DNA of 64,000 nt, from NCBI GenBank assembly GCA_965200155.1, contig CBDATR010000024.1, forward strand, positions 384,001-448,000, given 5' to 3'. A program made the translations under genes and the position numbers. This document shows positions 41,801-51,538 of the stretch, in pieces. The notes under the pieces are model-generated. The model was not told the origin of the DNA. It was given only the letters and a program-made list of their open reading frames with translations, and made no database searches. Numbering within the stretch: position 1 is the stretch's first letter; the number at the start of each line of letters is the position of its first letter. Source of the stretch: Nitrosopumilaceae archaeon (GTDB lineage Archaea > Thermoproteota > Nitrososphaeria > Nitrososphaerales > Nitrosopumilaceae).

Positions 41801-43902
41801 TCTAGAGTTATTGTAACAGTATCAGCAATCTTGTATCTGCTATTATCAAAGCTTACAACACCACTGTAAGAGGGTGCCTCCACCTGATCTGATACCTGTG
41901 TTACAACACCGTCAGCACCAAGGTCACTGTACGAAACTCTTGGGGAGTCTTCATCAGTGAGATCTTCAATGACTATGAATACAGGCGCATCCGAATTTGT
42001 GGTCACATCATCGTATATGGCACCTTTGTCAGCTACAATATTGAGCTGATTGACCATTATATACTCCAGAGTAGCCTCGAACTGTGAGCTGTTGTCATCG
42101 GTCTCTTCGGCCTCGAGTCGGACTATCTGATTAGCCACTCTCTCGCGACCCTGTACACCATCATCAGTATAACCGAATGACATAAAGTCTGCCACAACTG
42201 CGGCGGCATTATCATATGCCAAGCTCACAGGACCATCAAATGTCACCATGAGAGATACGTTGCCGCTCTCGTTGTTTATAGCTCGTATTAAATTCATTTC
42301 CTCACCGTTCTCGTCATATTTCAGGCTCATGTATGCATAATTGCGATACTCATCCATAGGCAATACAATATTATTGTTAGAACCAACCAAAACTATACTC
42401 TCAATTTTGCCATCAAAGGCTCTAAAGTCATAGTTAAAGTAGCTGAATACCTTGTCCTCATCCATGACAACATCTGCCAAGTCGGCATAGGTCATATCAT
42501 AGTTAATTGTAAATGATTCAATATTATCTGCCATACCAGTCATATCCACAACACCAATAGCTGAGAATCTATCATAGCTTGTGTTATCATTATCAACTGG
42601 ATTACCAGATACTTCGTATGTAGTATCCTCGGTTATTGTGAATGGACTTCCTGTCATAAGTGCTGGAATCACCCCGTCTGGATTATGAATCATCATATCC
42701 TCATCGGACATGGAGTTCTTGTTCGAATCCTCATCCGCGATTACCACGGTAAGTACCTCACCGGAGCTCCACATGTCATCGGCCTGCATATCGACATTAC
42801 CAAAGCTGAATCCAATCAGTATGTCAGTCTCTTCGTCATTATAGTCAATGGTAGCGCTGGTTCCTCTTAGATCATCGCTTCCATTAGTAATAATATCAGC
42901 TAAATCATCGTCGTCTCCGTTTGTAAAGACACCACTATTAGCTGCGCTCTCATACACAGTAACCGGTATAGTACCTTGCATGATTACTCTTTGAGGATCT
43001 ATCTGGTCATCATATACAACTTCCCAATTCATTGGATTCGTAGAATCCATACCATCGACAGGAGTTGCAGCAGAATCACCATTATCATACAGTGTTATAG
43101 CAGCACCAGATCCCTGTTTGTTAGGGTTTATCTTTAGTGTACAATTATCATCACACATGAGGTCATCTTTTGGAATTGCATCATGCGTACTGTCCGCCTC
43201 ACCTAGGTTTATCCGGTAGTATATGTTGTAATCGCTATCAGAAGATGTCTCAAATGTCCACCAATCCTCGGATGTGGGGTCAATATTGAGCCATGTGTCT
43301 GTTATTGTTATGTGCACATAGGCATCTAGAGGGTAAACACCCCTATCCAGTACTAGACTGGCATAATCCTCTACTGTGTCAAACTCAAGCGTCACGGTTT
43401 CGGTTTCCCGACCATTCTCAAGTTCTACGTCAAACTCGTCACCTTCTATAAGGTCGAATGCATATATGGTAGGCCTGTTAACTCCTGCCTCCTCTAGTAC
43501 ATTTCTATCATTAGAATGAAGATAACCCATGACTGTGTCGTCCCATTCACCATAGTTAAATCCGCTTCCATGTACTATTGAAGCCATGTCACTTTCTACA
43601 AAGTAACCATACCAATTTCCGTTTCTTGCCTGTGTCATCTGTAGTTCATTGTCGTCAACGGTAACGATAGGCTCAAAGGTCCTGTCGTTATCATCAGCAC
43701 GGTACTGGTCATCGTTGACTATTACCTCAATGACCTGACCGCCGACAACAAAATTATCAAACATGGAATTCTCGGCAGATACGTACAATGCGTTAGCATA
43801 TGCAGAAGGCACAGCTCCCGGCACCGCAAACGTAATACCGCCGACTACCATGATTGCAATAAGTGTAAGACTTGTAGTTCTTCTTAGTATTATGTTTTCC
43901 AT
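38845..43902 (-). CDS. S-layer protein (Nitrosopumilus-type SlaA)
   Basis: SLTLIAIMVVGGITFAVPG signal, LYVSAENS, repeated acidic Ig-like domains (ETGTDTGIFTG), C-terminal AFVWESLDNPTALSP. Confidence 0.88.
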   Translation of the reverse strand: MENIILRRTTSLTLIAIMVVGGITFAVPGAVPSAYANALYVSAENSMFDNFVVGGQVIEVIVNDDQYRADDNDRTFEPIVTVDDNELQMTQARNGNWYGYFVESDMASIVHGSGFNYGEWDDTVMGYLHSNDRNVLEEAGVNRPTIYAFDLIEGDEFDVELENGRETETVTLEFDTVEDYASLVLDRGVYPLDAYVHITITDTWLNIDPTSEDWWTFETSSDSDYNIYYRINLGEADSTHDAIPKDDLMCDDNCTLKINPNKQGSGAAITLYDNGDSAATPVDGMDSTNPMNWEVVYDDQIDPQRVIMQGTIPVTVYESAANSGVFTNGDDDDLADIITNGSDDLRGTSATIDYNDEETDILIGFSFGNVDMQADDMWSSGEVLTVVIADEDSNKNSMSDEDMMIHNPDGVIPALMTGSPFTITEDTTYEVSGNPVDNDNTSYDRFSAIGVVDMTGMADNIESFTINYDMTYADLADVVMDEDKVFSYFNYDFRAFDGKIESIVLVGSNNNIVLPMDEYRNYAYMSLKYDENGEEMNLIRAINNESGNVSLMVTFDGPVSLAYDNAAAVVADFMSFGYTDDGVQGRERVANQIVRLEAEETDDNSSQFEATLEYIMVNQLNIVADKGAIYDDVTTNSDAPVFIVIEDLTDEDSPRVSYSDLGADGVVTQVSDQVEAPSYSGVVSFDNSRYKIADTVTITLEDPDLNVDADVIDIYTIVSNENSMVYGKVGAELMIHGEEVEETFGPLGRLLDVTFDDTDWPSADNSDNCMTILNNMGVDTGLHDTEFTLVETSSESGVFTGDFQIPSDWCQNGDALPQSTTGLDIEVNYLDFRDASGEIIEVGDSAAVGANTGSITLDRTVYPVPFGQPSDFNNLDELETALSDEARAVHDINNSIANYNKLLVYVRDDAIPAPGEEEFMNELANAGLSDEFMALGDRWVNRADPIDIILDDIFDAIDDLKDELSDIQNSARDISDSDLTRSESDLALMENQGTSPDGRSYFALHSTAFSDQGTDAAYVTNGDLTIHIRIDDPDFDLSADGHDSIAMDDAPVTISVIREAHTYIVGCAGSNSDSCGTISQTYFGPEPVSFGTIEEIAPNAGIFEIDVTIRYTDGPSANNCPATVQYENESAQEMVRQTGDHFCILQGDILQVEYEDPTDASGDVNTVTDSATFDLRNGVLQSDKSSYLIGTDMILTLIEPDFDLDNDQAETYDLDLIEWDSDAATITMGNRGGNAAAFDPEPTSFRETGDSTGIFQTIIEIPEELNGDRLERDEAITLEYTDWGPSGADYVGQEDEDVKLDIMTSDFGATIELDQKVYTWTDKVYVTIVAPDHNYDSDLVDEIGNTETDPLKVSTRGNDLDRYKLVETGTDTGIFTGEVILTGFAAHDADGDGEPNDARGVTGTSDGSGSNNDLGPTNGYLATSNDDGISVSYEYSEDITIVASALIRWNIGEVQWLESSYPATGTGVVRVIDPDMNLNPEAVDNFDIDVWSDSDAGGIDLTVTETNEATGIFEGTVAFTTETESSGHRLRTAEGDTVTAEYEDRTLPDPYNMRDDLDVMATTLIGTVVPPLERAPASNLRVVDSFGNSLDTVAVDQQVQITADLMNGQDRDQAFAYLVQVQDGNGVVVSLAWITGTLNPEQSLSPAESWAPSEPGMYTATAFVWESLDNPTALSPPISVDITVE

Positions 43903-43984
43903 TTTATTGTATAAAATTTTGGAAATTTATATTTAAGAATAATGGATGAACCATTCATGGTTGATTATGACATACAGACCAAGC

Positions 43985-44926
43985 CTAGAGTGCAGTATCA
44001 ACCATCATACCTATGAAAAGCACTGCCAGATATGGACTGGAGAACTTAAAGAGCGTCCAGGACGCCTTTTCACTGGGTCTGGCCACCACCCATCCAGACA
44101 GCACCACCATAAGAGCACCAGAAACTAGTGCGGTTGCCCCATATACCATTCCGGTTGGTGGATATCCTCCCGTATCTAAGAACAATGGTACCAAACTAAA
44201 TACCACCATTACTATTGTGGAGACTGCGACTACACGAGCAGAAACCTTCTCAGAATGTACTGCGGTCAGCATGGGAACATCCACCCTGTTATAGTCTTCC
44301 TTGAAGTGCATGGTAAGCGACCATATGTGTAGTGGGATCCAAACAAAGACCAATCCTGCCAGCACCATTCCCATACTCCACATATCAGCAGTGGTAACTG
44401 CAACCCATCCCACCAAGGGAGGAGAACCGCCACAGAGTCCACCCAAGATTATGTTAAGCCTAGATCTCCTCTTTAGTAAATACGAATATACCACTATGTT
44501 GTTTACCAAGCCAAAACCGATGAATATGGTGGCCCACATACCTTGTATTGTACTGGTAGTATACGACAGGGACCAAGCCAGTATCAAGGATATGGCAGCT
44601 AATGCGTATCCAAAGTTGCGTGCCTTGATAGCAGGATATATCCGCTTGGAAGGCAGTGGCCGGGAGCGCGTGCGCTCCATTATACTATCTATATCCCGGT
44701 CATGGTAGTTGGTAAGGGTGTTAGCAGCGGCAGAACCAGCAGCTACTGAAAGCATGGCCAGTATCCAGGTCCACACAGAGACATCTATTTCATAGATATT
44801 GGAGGCAGTAACCAAGCCCCCCATGGCCGTAAAGACCAACAGGTACCAGATTTTAGGCTTGGTCAGCTCATAATATACGGCTAGCCGGGACTCACGCTTC
44901 TGCCTTTGCAACATACCATTATCCAC
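43985..44926 (-). CDS. cyoE: Protoheme IX farnesyltransferase
   Basis: YYELTKPKI, DRDIDSIMERTRSRPLP, LKRRS, EDYNRVDVPML. Confidence 0.93.
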   Translation of the reverse strand: MDNGMLQRQKRESRLAVYYELTKPKIWYLLVFTAMGGLVTASNIYEIDVSVWTWILAMLSVAAGSAAANTLTNYHDRDIDSIMERTRSRPLPSKRIYPAIKARNFGYALAAISLILAWSLSYTTSTIQGMWATIFIGFGLVNNIVVYSYLLKRRSRLNIILGGLCGGSPPLVGWVAVTTADMWSMGMVLAGLVFVWIPLHIWSLTMHFKEDYNRVDVPMLTAVHSEKVSARVVAVSTIVMVVFSLVPLFLDTGGYPPTGMVYGATALVSGALMVVLSGWVVARPSEKASWTLFKFSSPYLAVLFIGMMVDTAL

Positions 44927-45048
44927 CCATATGCATTAAAACCTATGCGAGTGATATAGTACAAGCATGTTTGGTCATATTAAAGCGATTCAGGAACAAA
45001 AACCAACATTGTCACATTAAAATATAAAATAATTTAAAAAATTCGTAG

Positions 45049-46881
45049 TTAGCACCGAATTCCGGTTGTTCCTGGAAGTGAATAGTCATCACAAACAATA
45101 GCCCGTACCAGATCTGCTCCAGTAAAGTCAGTATCAGTGAGATCTGCTCCTATGAGTATGGAGTTACGTAAGTTAGCGTCGGTGAGATCTGCCCCGATTA
45201 GTACAGCATCAGTGAGATCTGCTCTTGTTAGATCAATGTTCTGTAGTAGAGCATTGGTGAGATCTGCCCCGATTAGATCTGCATTGTTAAAGTCTGCCCG
45301 TATAAGGTCGGCTTCAACTAGGTTAACTCCGGTAAGATCCGTGTTGCGCAATGTAGAAGATGTAAGTATAGCTCCGGAAAGATTTGCTTGTGTAAGATCA
45401 ATGTCTCGAAGGGTTGCATAGGTTAGATCTGAGCCTGCAAGGTTGGCATTGGTAAGATCGGCTCCATTAAGAGCAGCGTCTCTGAGATCTATATTAGCCA
45501 TATTCACGTTTCGAAGATCCGCATCGGTGAATACAACATCAGCTAGATCTAAACCAACAAAGCTTACGCCCGGCAAAGCCGCGCTTTCAAAGCTTGCTCT
45601 AGTAAGTGTAGTACCATCTATGTTAGTATCGACGAGATCTGCACCTTCAAAGTCCGCTCCTGTGAGATCAGAACCTGTTAGTATGGTACTGCGAAGATTG
45701 GCGTCGGTGAGAATAACGTCGGTGAGAATTGCATTACTAATGTCAGAGCCCACCAAGTCAGAGTTGCGAAGATTGGCGTCGGTGAGAATTGTATTACTGA
45801 GATTGGCGTCGGTGAGAATTGTATTTCGGAGATCCGCCTCTACCAGTATGGCATTGGAAAGACTAGCTCGGTCGAGGTCAGCATCTGTGAGTAGCGCGTA
45901 TCTAAGATCCGCTCCGTCAAGACTGGCGTCAGTTAGTAGCACATAGCGAAGATCAGCCTGATATAGAACTGATCCTGTCAGATCAGATTCAGTCAGGGTA
46001 GCACCACTAATGGCTGCATTATCAAGAGTTGCGCCAATTATGGTAGCACTGTGCAGAATTGCATCGGTGAGGTCAGCGCGGGTCAGAATGGCGTTGCTAA
46101 GATTAGCGTCTGTCAAATCAGCTGTGATTAGAATGGCCCTGGTGAGGATTGCCCCATCAAGGCTAGCACCTGTCAAGTCAGCTTCGGTGAGGTCAGCCCC
46201 GATGAGGATTGCTCCATCAAGGCTAGCACCTGCTAGAATGGCATTACGGAAGTTAACGCCCTGGAGGTTGGCACCGGCGAAGCTTACGCCAGCAAGATCT
46301 TCTCCCTCATAGCTTAGGCCAGAGAGATCTGCGCTGTCAAATATTGTTCCAGAGAAGTTGGATCCATCAAAGGTGGCCGCGTTGAATATGGCACCATCGA
46401 AGCTGGCACCAGTAAGGTCGGCATTGTTAAGATCAGCATCAGTTAGGTTTGCGTTGTTGAGAGTAGTACTAGCAAAGATAGCACCTGCCAGGTTTGCCCC
46501 GTCAAGGCTAGCGTTTACCAAGTTTGCTCCACTGAGATTAGCTCCTGAGAGATTTGCACCATTAAAGATTGCGCCGACAAGGTTTGCGTTTTCTAGGCTG
46601 GCGTTGCTGAGATCAGCGCCGGTGAAATCGGTACTGGTCATGTTGGCGTTTTCTAGGCTGGCGTTGCTGAGATCAGCGCCGGTGAAATCGGTACTATACA
46701 GGTTTGCGCCATCAAAAATTGTATTTGTAAGAATTGCGTTGTTTAGTGTTGCGTTGATTAACGTAACCCCTGAGAGGTCAGAATTGGGAATAACTGCATT
46801 ACTGAGGTCTCCGCCCTCATTTGCGAAGGCTGCTACTGGCAAGAGTATTGCTGCGATTATGGTTGCGTATACTATTAGCAT
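45049..46881 (-). CDS. Long secreted pentapeptide-repeat protein
   Basis: Signal peptide MLIVYATIIAAILLPVAAFA followed by about 110 A(D/N)Lxx repeats. Confidence 0.9.
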   Translation of the reverse strand: MLIVYATIIAAILLPVAAFANEGGDLSNAVIPNSDLSGVTLINATLNNAILTNTIFDGANLYSTDFTGADLSNASLENANMTSTDFTGADLSNASLENANLVGAIFNGANLSGANLSGANLVNASLDGANLAGAIFASTTLNNANLTDADLNNADLTGASFDGAIFNAATFDGSNFSGTIFDSADLSGLSYEGEDLAGVSFAGANLQGVNFRNAILAGASLDGAILIGADLTEADLTGASLDGAILTRAILITADLTDANLSNAILTRADLTDAILHSATIIGATLDNAAISGATLTESDLTGSVLYQADLRYVLLTDASLDGADLRYALLTDADLDRASLSNAILVEADLRNTILTDANLSNTILTDANLRNSDLVGSDISNAILTDVILTDANLRSTILTGSDLTGADFEGADLVDTNIDGTTLTRASFESAALPGVSFVGLDLADVVFTDADLRNVNMANIDLRDAALNGADLTNANLAGSDLTYATLRDIDLTQANLSGAILTSSTLRNTDLTGVNLVEADLIRADFNNADLIGADLTNALLQNIDLTRADLTDAVLIGADLTDANLRNSILIGADLTDTDFTGADLVRAIVCDDYSLPGTTGIRC

Positions 46882-47090
46882 AGCGCCATTATTTAGGCGT
46901 GGGATATAAGAATTATGACACCTTGCGCGTATAAGTATGCGTACGCCCAAAATTTCACACTACGGATCTGAATTAACATTACGATTTGTACAGAAAAGAC
47001 TAGGAAACATGTGATCAGAATCACATACTGAACTTAAGCCAAATACACCACAAGAATCGGCATTAGGGAATGGTGACACTGCACATACCA

Positions 47091-47543
47091 CTAATGCCCA
47101 AGCATATCTAATGGTTTTATGTTAGATTTCATCTCTATGAGTGACTCGGTCGAGACAACGCCATCTATGCGACCAATCTTATCTGAGACCATACTGTGCA
47201 TCTTCTCCAGAGACATGAAGTATGCGGTGACAAGTATGTCAAAGCGGCCAGTCACCTCAGCTACTTCTCTTACACCCTCTATCTGGAATAGTTCATCTAC
47301 AATGTGGTTTCGTTTCTTGCTGTCCATCTTCATGCCAACCAGTACCTTTACGCCATAACCCAGTGCTTCATTGTTCACATCTATGGTAAATCTAGTAATG
47401 AGACCCCGGGATACCAGCCGCCTCACGCGGGAGTATGTCATGGAAGGAGTAAGACCCAGCTTGGCGGCCAGCTTGGGAGTGGATATGCTAGAGTCCTGTG
47501 CCAACTCGCGAAGTATGGACATGTCGGTTTGGTCTACAGCCAT
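47091..47543 (-). CDS. Lrp/AsnC family regulator
   Basis: DxxILxxL..HTH, EVTGRFDI. Confidence 0.9.
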   Translation of the reverse strand: MAVDQTDMSILRELAQDSSISTPKLAAKLGLTPSMTYSRVRRLVSRGLITRFTIDVNNEALGYGVKVLVGMKMDSKKRNHIVDELFQIEGVREVAEVTGRFDILVTAYFMSLEKMHSMVSDKIGRIDGVVSTESLIEMKSNIKPLDMLGH

Positions 47544-47586
47544 GATATGAGCATATTCACAGTATGCTCATTTATGTCTTGAATCT

Positions 47587-48660
47587 CTATATCTTGCCCT
47601 TTTTGTATAGCATTTCTGCCAGTAATACTGCACCCTTGGCCGAGCCCATCTTTTTGTTATGGGAGAATAGCATGTACTTTAGGCCATGATCAAAGAGGGG
47701 CTCACGCTCCACCCTACCAATGGTCGTAGTCATACCATCGCCCACTTCACGCTCCAGACGGGGCTGCGGTCTTGTGGGATCCTTATGAAATGCATAGTAG
47801 TGTTCAGGCGCCGAGGGCAATCCGGATACGGATATTTTTTCATTATACGATTCATAAGTCTCCTGTGCCTTGTCCGGATCTATATCATCACTGGTCTCCA
47901 CAAAGACTGATTCGGTGTGACCATCAAGTACTGGAACCCTAGTACAGGTGCAGCTAACGCGTATGTCTGCATCTTGTATTTTTCCATTCTCCAGACGGCC
48001 AAGTATCTTGCGCGTCTCCAGACGCACCTTTCCCTCCTCTTTTGGTATGTAAGGCAGTATGTTATCGGTAATGCCCATAGCCGCCACACCGGTCTTACCG
48101 CCACCGGATATGGCCTGCAGAGAGGTCATCATGACCTTCTTGGCCCCATACTCTTCCAAAAGCGGTTTCAGTGTTATGACCAAACCGGTAGTGGTACAAT
48201 TGGGCAATGGGGCTACCCATCCCTTCCAGGAGCGATTCTGGCTCTGCTTCTCCAGCAGTTCCGCATGATCATCATTAATACCAGGTATGAGTATGGGTAC
48301 ATCATCCTCATAGCGATAAGCAGAGCTAGTGGATATTACTGGAAGGTGTTTTGCAAAACGTGTCTCTATATCCCGTGCAGGTCCTGATTCTACTGCCGAG
48401 AATATCAAGTCCAGCTGTGATACATCCACATCGTCCACGCTACGCACAACCATATTCTTAATGTAATCAGGAATCTCGCCCCCTACATCCCAAGATATTA
48501 TGCCCGTAGACTCATCTCTAATGGACTCAGTATAGGGCTTGTCAGCTGACCTCTCTGATGCAGATATCTGCGTAACCTTGAACCAAGGGTGTCCTTCCAA
48601 AGACTGGATGAATTCCTGTCCTACCGAGCCGGTTGCGCCTATGATAGCTACACGTTTCAT
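47587..48660 (-). CDS. asd: Aspartate-semialdehyde dehydrogenase
   Basis: GATGSVGQ, PNCTTTGL, QAISGGG, RVPVLDGH. Confidence 0.95.
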   Translation of the reverse strand: MKRVAIIGATGSVGQEFIQSLEGHPWFKVTQISASERSADKPYTESIRDESTGIISWDVGGEIPDYIKNMVVRSVDDVDVSQLDLIFSAVESGPARDIETRFAKHLPVISTSSAYRYEDDVPILIPGINDDHAELLEKQSQNRSWKGWVAPLPNCTTTGLVITLKPLLEEYGAKKVMMTSLQAISGGGKTGVAAMGITDNILPYIPKEEGKVRLETRKILGRLENGKIQDADIRVSCTCTRVPVLDGHTESVFVETSDDIDPDKAQETYESYNEKISVSGLPSAPEHYYAFHKDPTRPQPRLEREVGDGMTTTIGRVEREPLFDHGLKYMLFSHNKKMGSAKGAVLLAEMLYKKGKI

Positions 48661-48801
48661 TGTGTAATATTATGAATGCGACTTAATAATTCTAATGAAC
48701 AACATGTGCATAATGTAATGTATGCAAACATGCTTATTCACAATCATGACAGTCTAAACAGCATCCACCAAAAGACAATAACACCGGCATAACTATTCAG
48801 A

Positions 48802-49785
48802 GTGATGGAGCTCCATGGTGGAGCCCTCTCAAGAGGGCTGGGACACTACATAATGGACTTTAGCACCAGCACAAATCCACTGGGGCCGCACCGTGCAGTC
48901 ATAGAATGTATTCAGGACCGGAATATCATATCCAGGTACCCGGACGCCGCGGCAATACGACTGGAGGAGGCACTGGCAGAATACACCAACACGCCACAGA
49001 ATATGGTAGTGGCGGGGAACGGCGCCACCGAGATAATACATATCATATGCCGAATAATGGCTGGTAGACACGTGTCAATCGTGACTCCAGCCTTTAGCGA
49101 GTACATGACCGCAGCCACACTCAACGACTCAACCACTACAATAACGGGTACTGATCAGCCAACCATACCGGAGAAAGGGCTGCTCTTTGTGGGAAATCCA
49201 TCAAACCCGCATGGTACGCTATTATCATCACATACAATCCTAGAGATGGTGCGCGCCTGTCATGACGCGGGTACTACAATAGTAGTAGACGAATGCTTCA
49301 TCGAGATGACGCCTAATCGCAACGAATCCATACTACCATACATAAAAGAACACGACAATGTAATAATACTGCGATCCATGACAAAGTCCTTCGGGCTTGC
49401 GGGACTTCGCCTGGGATACGCCATATCTACTCAGGCCGATACCATACGGCGCTTTCGCATACCCTGGAGCATAAACGGTATGGCACAGATAGCAGGGATA
49501 GAGGCCTTACAACATACAGACCACATACAGGAATCACTACGTATCATACAGGAGGAGACTCATTTCCTGCACGATACCATACCGAATTCATGTCATACAG
49601 ACGCCAACTACATGACTATACGCGTCCCTGATGCCCATATAACACAGGAACAACTGCTAAAACATGACATTCTAGTCCGGGACTGCTCCAGCTTTGGTCT
49701 GCCCACACACATACGAATAGGCATCAAGACCCGAAGGGAAAATACAATACTTGCCCGTGCCATGAACAAGATATGCCCGCCATAA
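48802..49785 (+). CDS. cobD: Threonine-phosphate decarboxylase (PLP class I/II)
   Basis: HGG, DFSTSTNPLG, GNGATE, DECFIE, RSMTKSFGLAGLRLGY; heads cob cluster. Confidence 0.82.
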   Translation: MMELHGGALSRGLGHYIMDFSTSTNPLGPHRAVIECIQDRNIISRYPDAAAIRLEEALAEYTNTPQNMVVAGNGATEIIHIICRIMAGRHVSIVTPAFSEYMTAATLNDSTTTITGTDQPTIPEKGLLFVGNPSNPHGTLLSSHTILEMVRACHDAGTTIVVDECFIEMTPNRNESILPYIKEHDNVIILRSMTKSFGLAGLRLGYAISTQADTIRRFRIPWSINGMAQIAGIEALQHTDHIQESLRIIQEETHFLHDTIPNSCHTDANYMTIRVPDAHITQEQLLKHDILVRDCSSFGLPTHIRIGIKTRRENTILARAMNKICPP

Positions 49786-50588
49786 TGATACAGGGAACAA
49801 TGTCAGGTGCAGGCAAGAGTACTGTAACCGCAGCCCTGTGCCGCATACTATCTGATGATGGATACAGGGTGGCGCCCTTCAAGTCCCAGAACATGTCAAG
49901 GAACACTCACAAGATGGTATCCTGCGCACAGGCATTGCAGGCAAGGGCGGCGCGATGCCCCATCACGCCTGACATAAACCCAATCGTTCTAGTGCCAAAC
50001 AGCGATACCACTAGTATGGTATACGTCCGGGGAACCACTCAGGGCATCATGAATGCCACCCAGTACTATGACTTTGCCGCCAAGACAGGCATGGACATTG
50101 CCATTACATCACTACAAACACTACAGGACAAGTACGACATCATTGTATTGGAGGGCGCAGGCTCCCCCGCGGAAATAAACATACCATGCGACATAGCCAA
50201 CATGAGAATGGCCGAAGCTGCGGCCGCCAGGGTCATAATAGTATCAGACATAGAGAGAGGCGGATGCTTTGCCCAGATGGTAGGCACCATGACGCTACTG
50301 GAGAAGCAATACCAAGACATTGTAGGCGGTTTTCTGATAAACAAGTTTCGCGGGGATTACATAGTTCTGGAGCCGGGAATCAGAACCATCCAAGACATGA
50401 CAGGGGTGCCCGTCATGGGAGTCATGCCATACATGGAGACACAGTTACCGGCCGAGGACTCGATGGATACGCATTCTTACATGAATATGGACTCACCCAA
50501 CCTGGATACGGCCATAAACGGGGTGGCCAAAATCCTACAGGATAACATAGATTTGCAGCAGCTAAAGAGCATGGCAGGATTATGCTAG
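49773..50588 (+). CDS. cobQ: Cobyric acid synthase, short form lacking glutaminase domain
   Basis: MIQGTMSGAGKS, PFKSQNMS, EGAGSPAEIN, INKFRGD, PAEDS. Confidence 0.88.
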   Translation: MPAIMIQGTMSGAGKSTVTAALCRILSDDGYRVAPFKSQNMSRNTHKMVSCAQALQARAARCPITPDINPIVLVPNSDTTSMVYVRGTTQGIMNATQYYDFAAKTGMDIAITSLQTLQDKYDIIVLEGAGSPAEINIPCDIANMRMAEAAAARVIIVSDIERGGCFAQMVGTMTLLEKQYQDIVGGFLINKFRGDYIVLEPGIRTIQDMTGVPVMGVMPYMETQLPAEDSMDTHSYMNMDSPNLDTAINGVAKILQDNIDLQQLKSMAGLC

Positions 50589-51538
50589 AGATAGTATACG
50601 CGCACATAGCCGTGATAACAGGAGCCATACTCCTGGACATTACACTGGGTGACCCCCGGAATAGATACCACCCCACAGCGTGGGTCGGCCATATCATTGC
50701 ACTATTGATTCCGCTGTATCGCGGGCGCACATGGGGCGCCACCGTATGCGTGATATCATGTACCATAACAGGAGTGCCAGCAATACTGCTCCACCACATA
50801 GTATGGAGTCACTCACAGCATGCAGAAATCATCATCATATACTGCATAGCCGCAATCATACTGCTAAAGAGCACTATCGCAATACGGGGACTGCAAGTCC
50901 ATGCTGTATCGATAATCACAAGACTGGAGAGTGGCCAGACCCAGGCCGCGGCCCACAGCTTGGCGCATATCGTAAAGCGGCCCACTAATGACATGAATAG
51001 TGAAACAATATGCTCAGCTACAATAGAGAGTATAGCGGAGAATACTACGGACAGTGTGACCGGCCCACTATTTTACATGGGATGGTTTGGGTTGCCGGGC
51101 GCCTTCATGTATAGAACCATAAACACGATAGATGCCATGGTAGGGTACAAGACCCCCAGTCTTGCCAGGGTGGGGTGGTTTGGGGCCCACTCAGATACCA
51201 TACTGAACTGGATACCCGCCAGAATCACCGCGTGTATCATGGTTCTGGCCGCGGCCATTCTAAAACATGACTATAATGGCGCCATTAGGGCCATTCGCAA
51301 TGACTCGCGCAAGCCGTCCAGCAGGAATTCAGGCTACACCATGGCGGCCATGGCCGGAGCACTAGGAGTACGATTACGCAAGGTAAACCACTACACCATA
51401 GGGATGGGCCGGGAGCCAGGCATTAATGATGTGCATTCGGCATTGAAAATAGCAAAGTGTACATCATGCATATTCGCCATAATGATAGTCATCCCTGCCA
51501 CATATGGCGCATGCATTCTGTGGGAGATGATAACATAA
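50582..51538 (+). CDS. cbiB: Adenosylcobinamide-phosphate synthase
   Basis: GDP...HP, ESIAENTTD, NTIDAMVGYK, NSGYTMAAMAGALGV. Confidence 0.92.
   Translation: MLEIVYAHIAVITGAILLDITLGDPRNRYHPTAWVGHIIALLIPLYRGRTWGATVCVISCTITGVPAILLHHIVWSHSQHAEIIIIYCIAAIILLKSTIAIRGLQVHAVSIITRLESGQTQAAAHSLAHIVKRPTNDMNSETICSATIESIAENTTDSVTGPLFYMGWFGLPGAFMYRTINTIDAMVGYKTPSLARVGWFGAHSDTILNWIPARITACIMVLAAAILKHDYNGAIRAIRNDSRKPSSRNSGYTMAAMAGALGVRLRKVNHYTIGMGREPGINDVHSALKIAKCTSCIFAIMIVIPATYGACILWEMIT

Noticed and set aside
45137-46909. Long plus-strand ORFs (RSAPVRSA...)
   Set aside because: Antisense shadows of the pentapeptide-repeat gene.
47603-47613. TTGTATAGC resembling the TnpB-element TIR
   Set aside because: Only 9 nt and inside the intact asd coding sequence; chance match.
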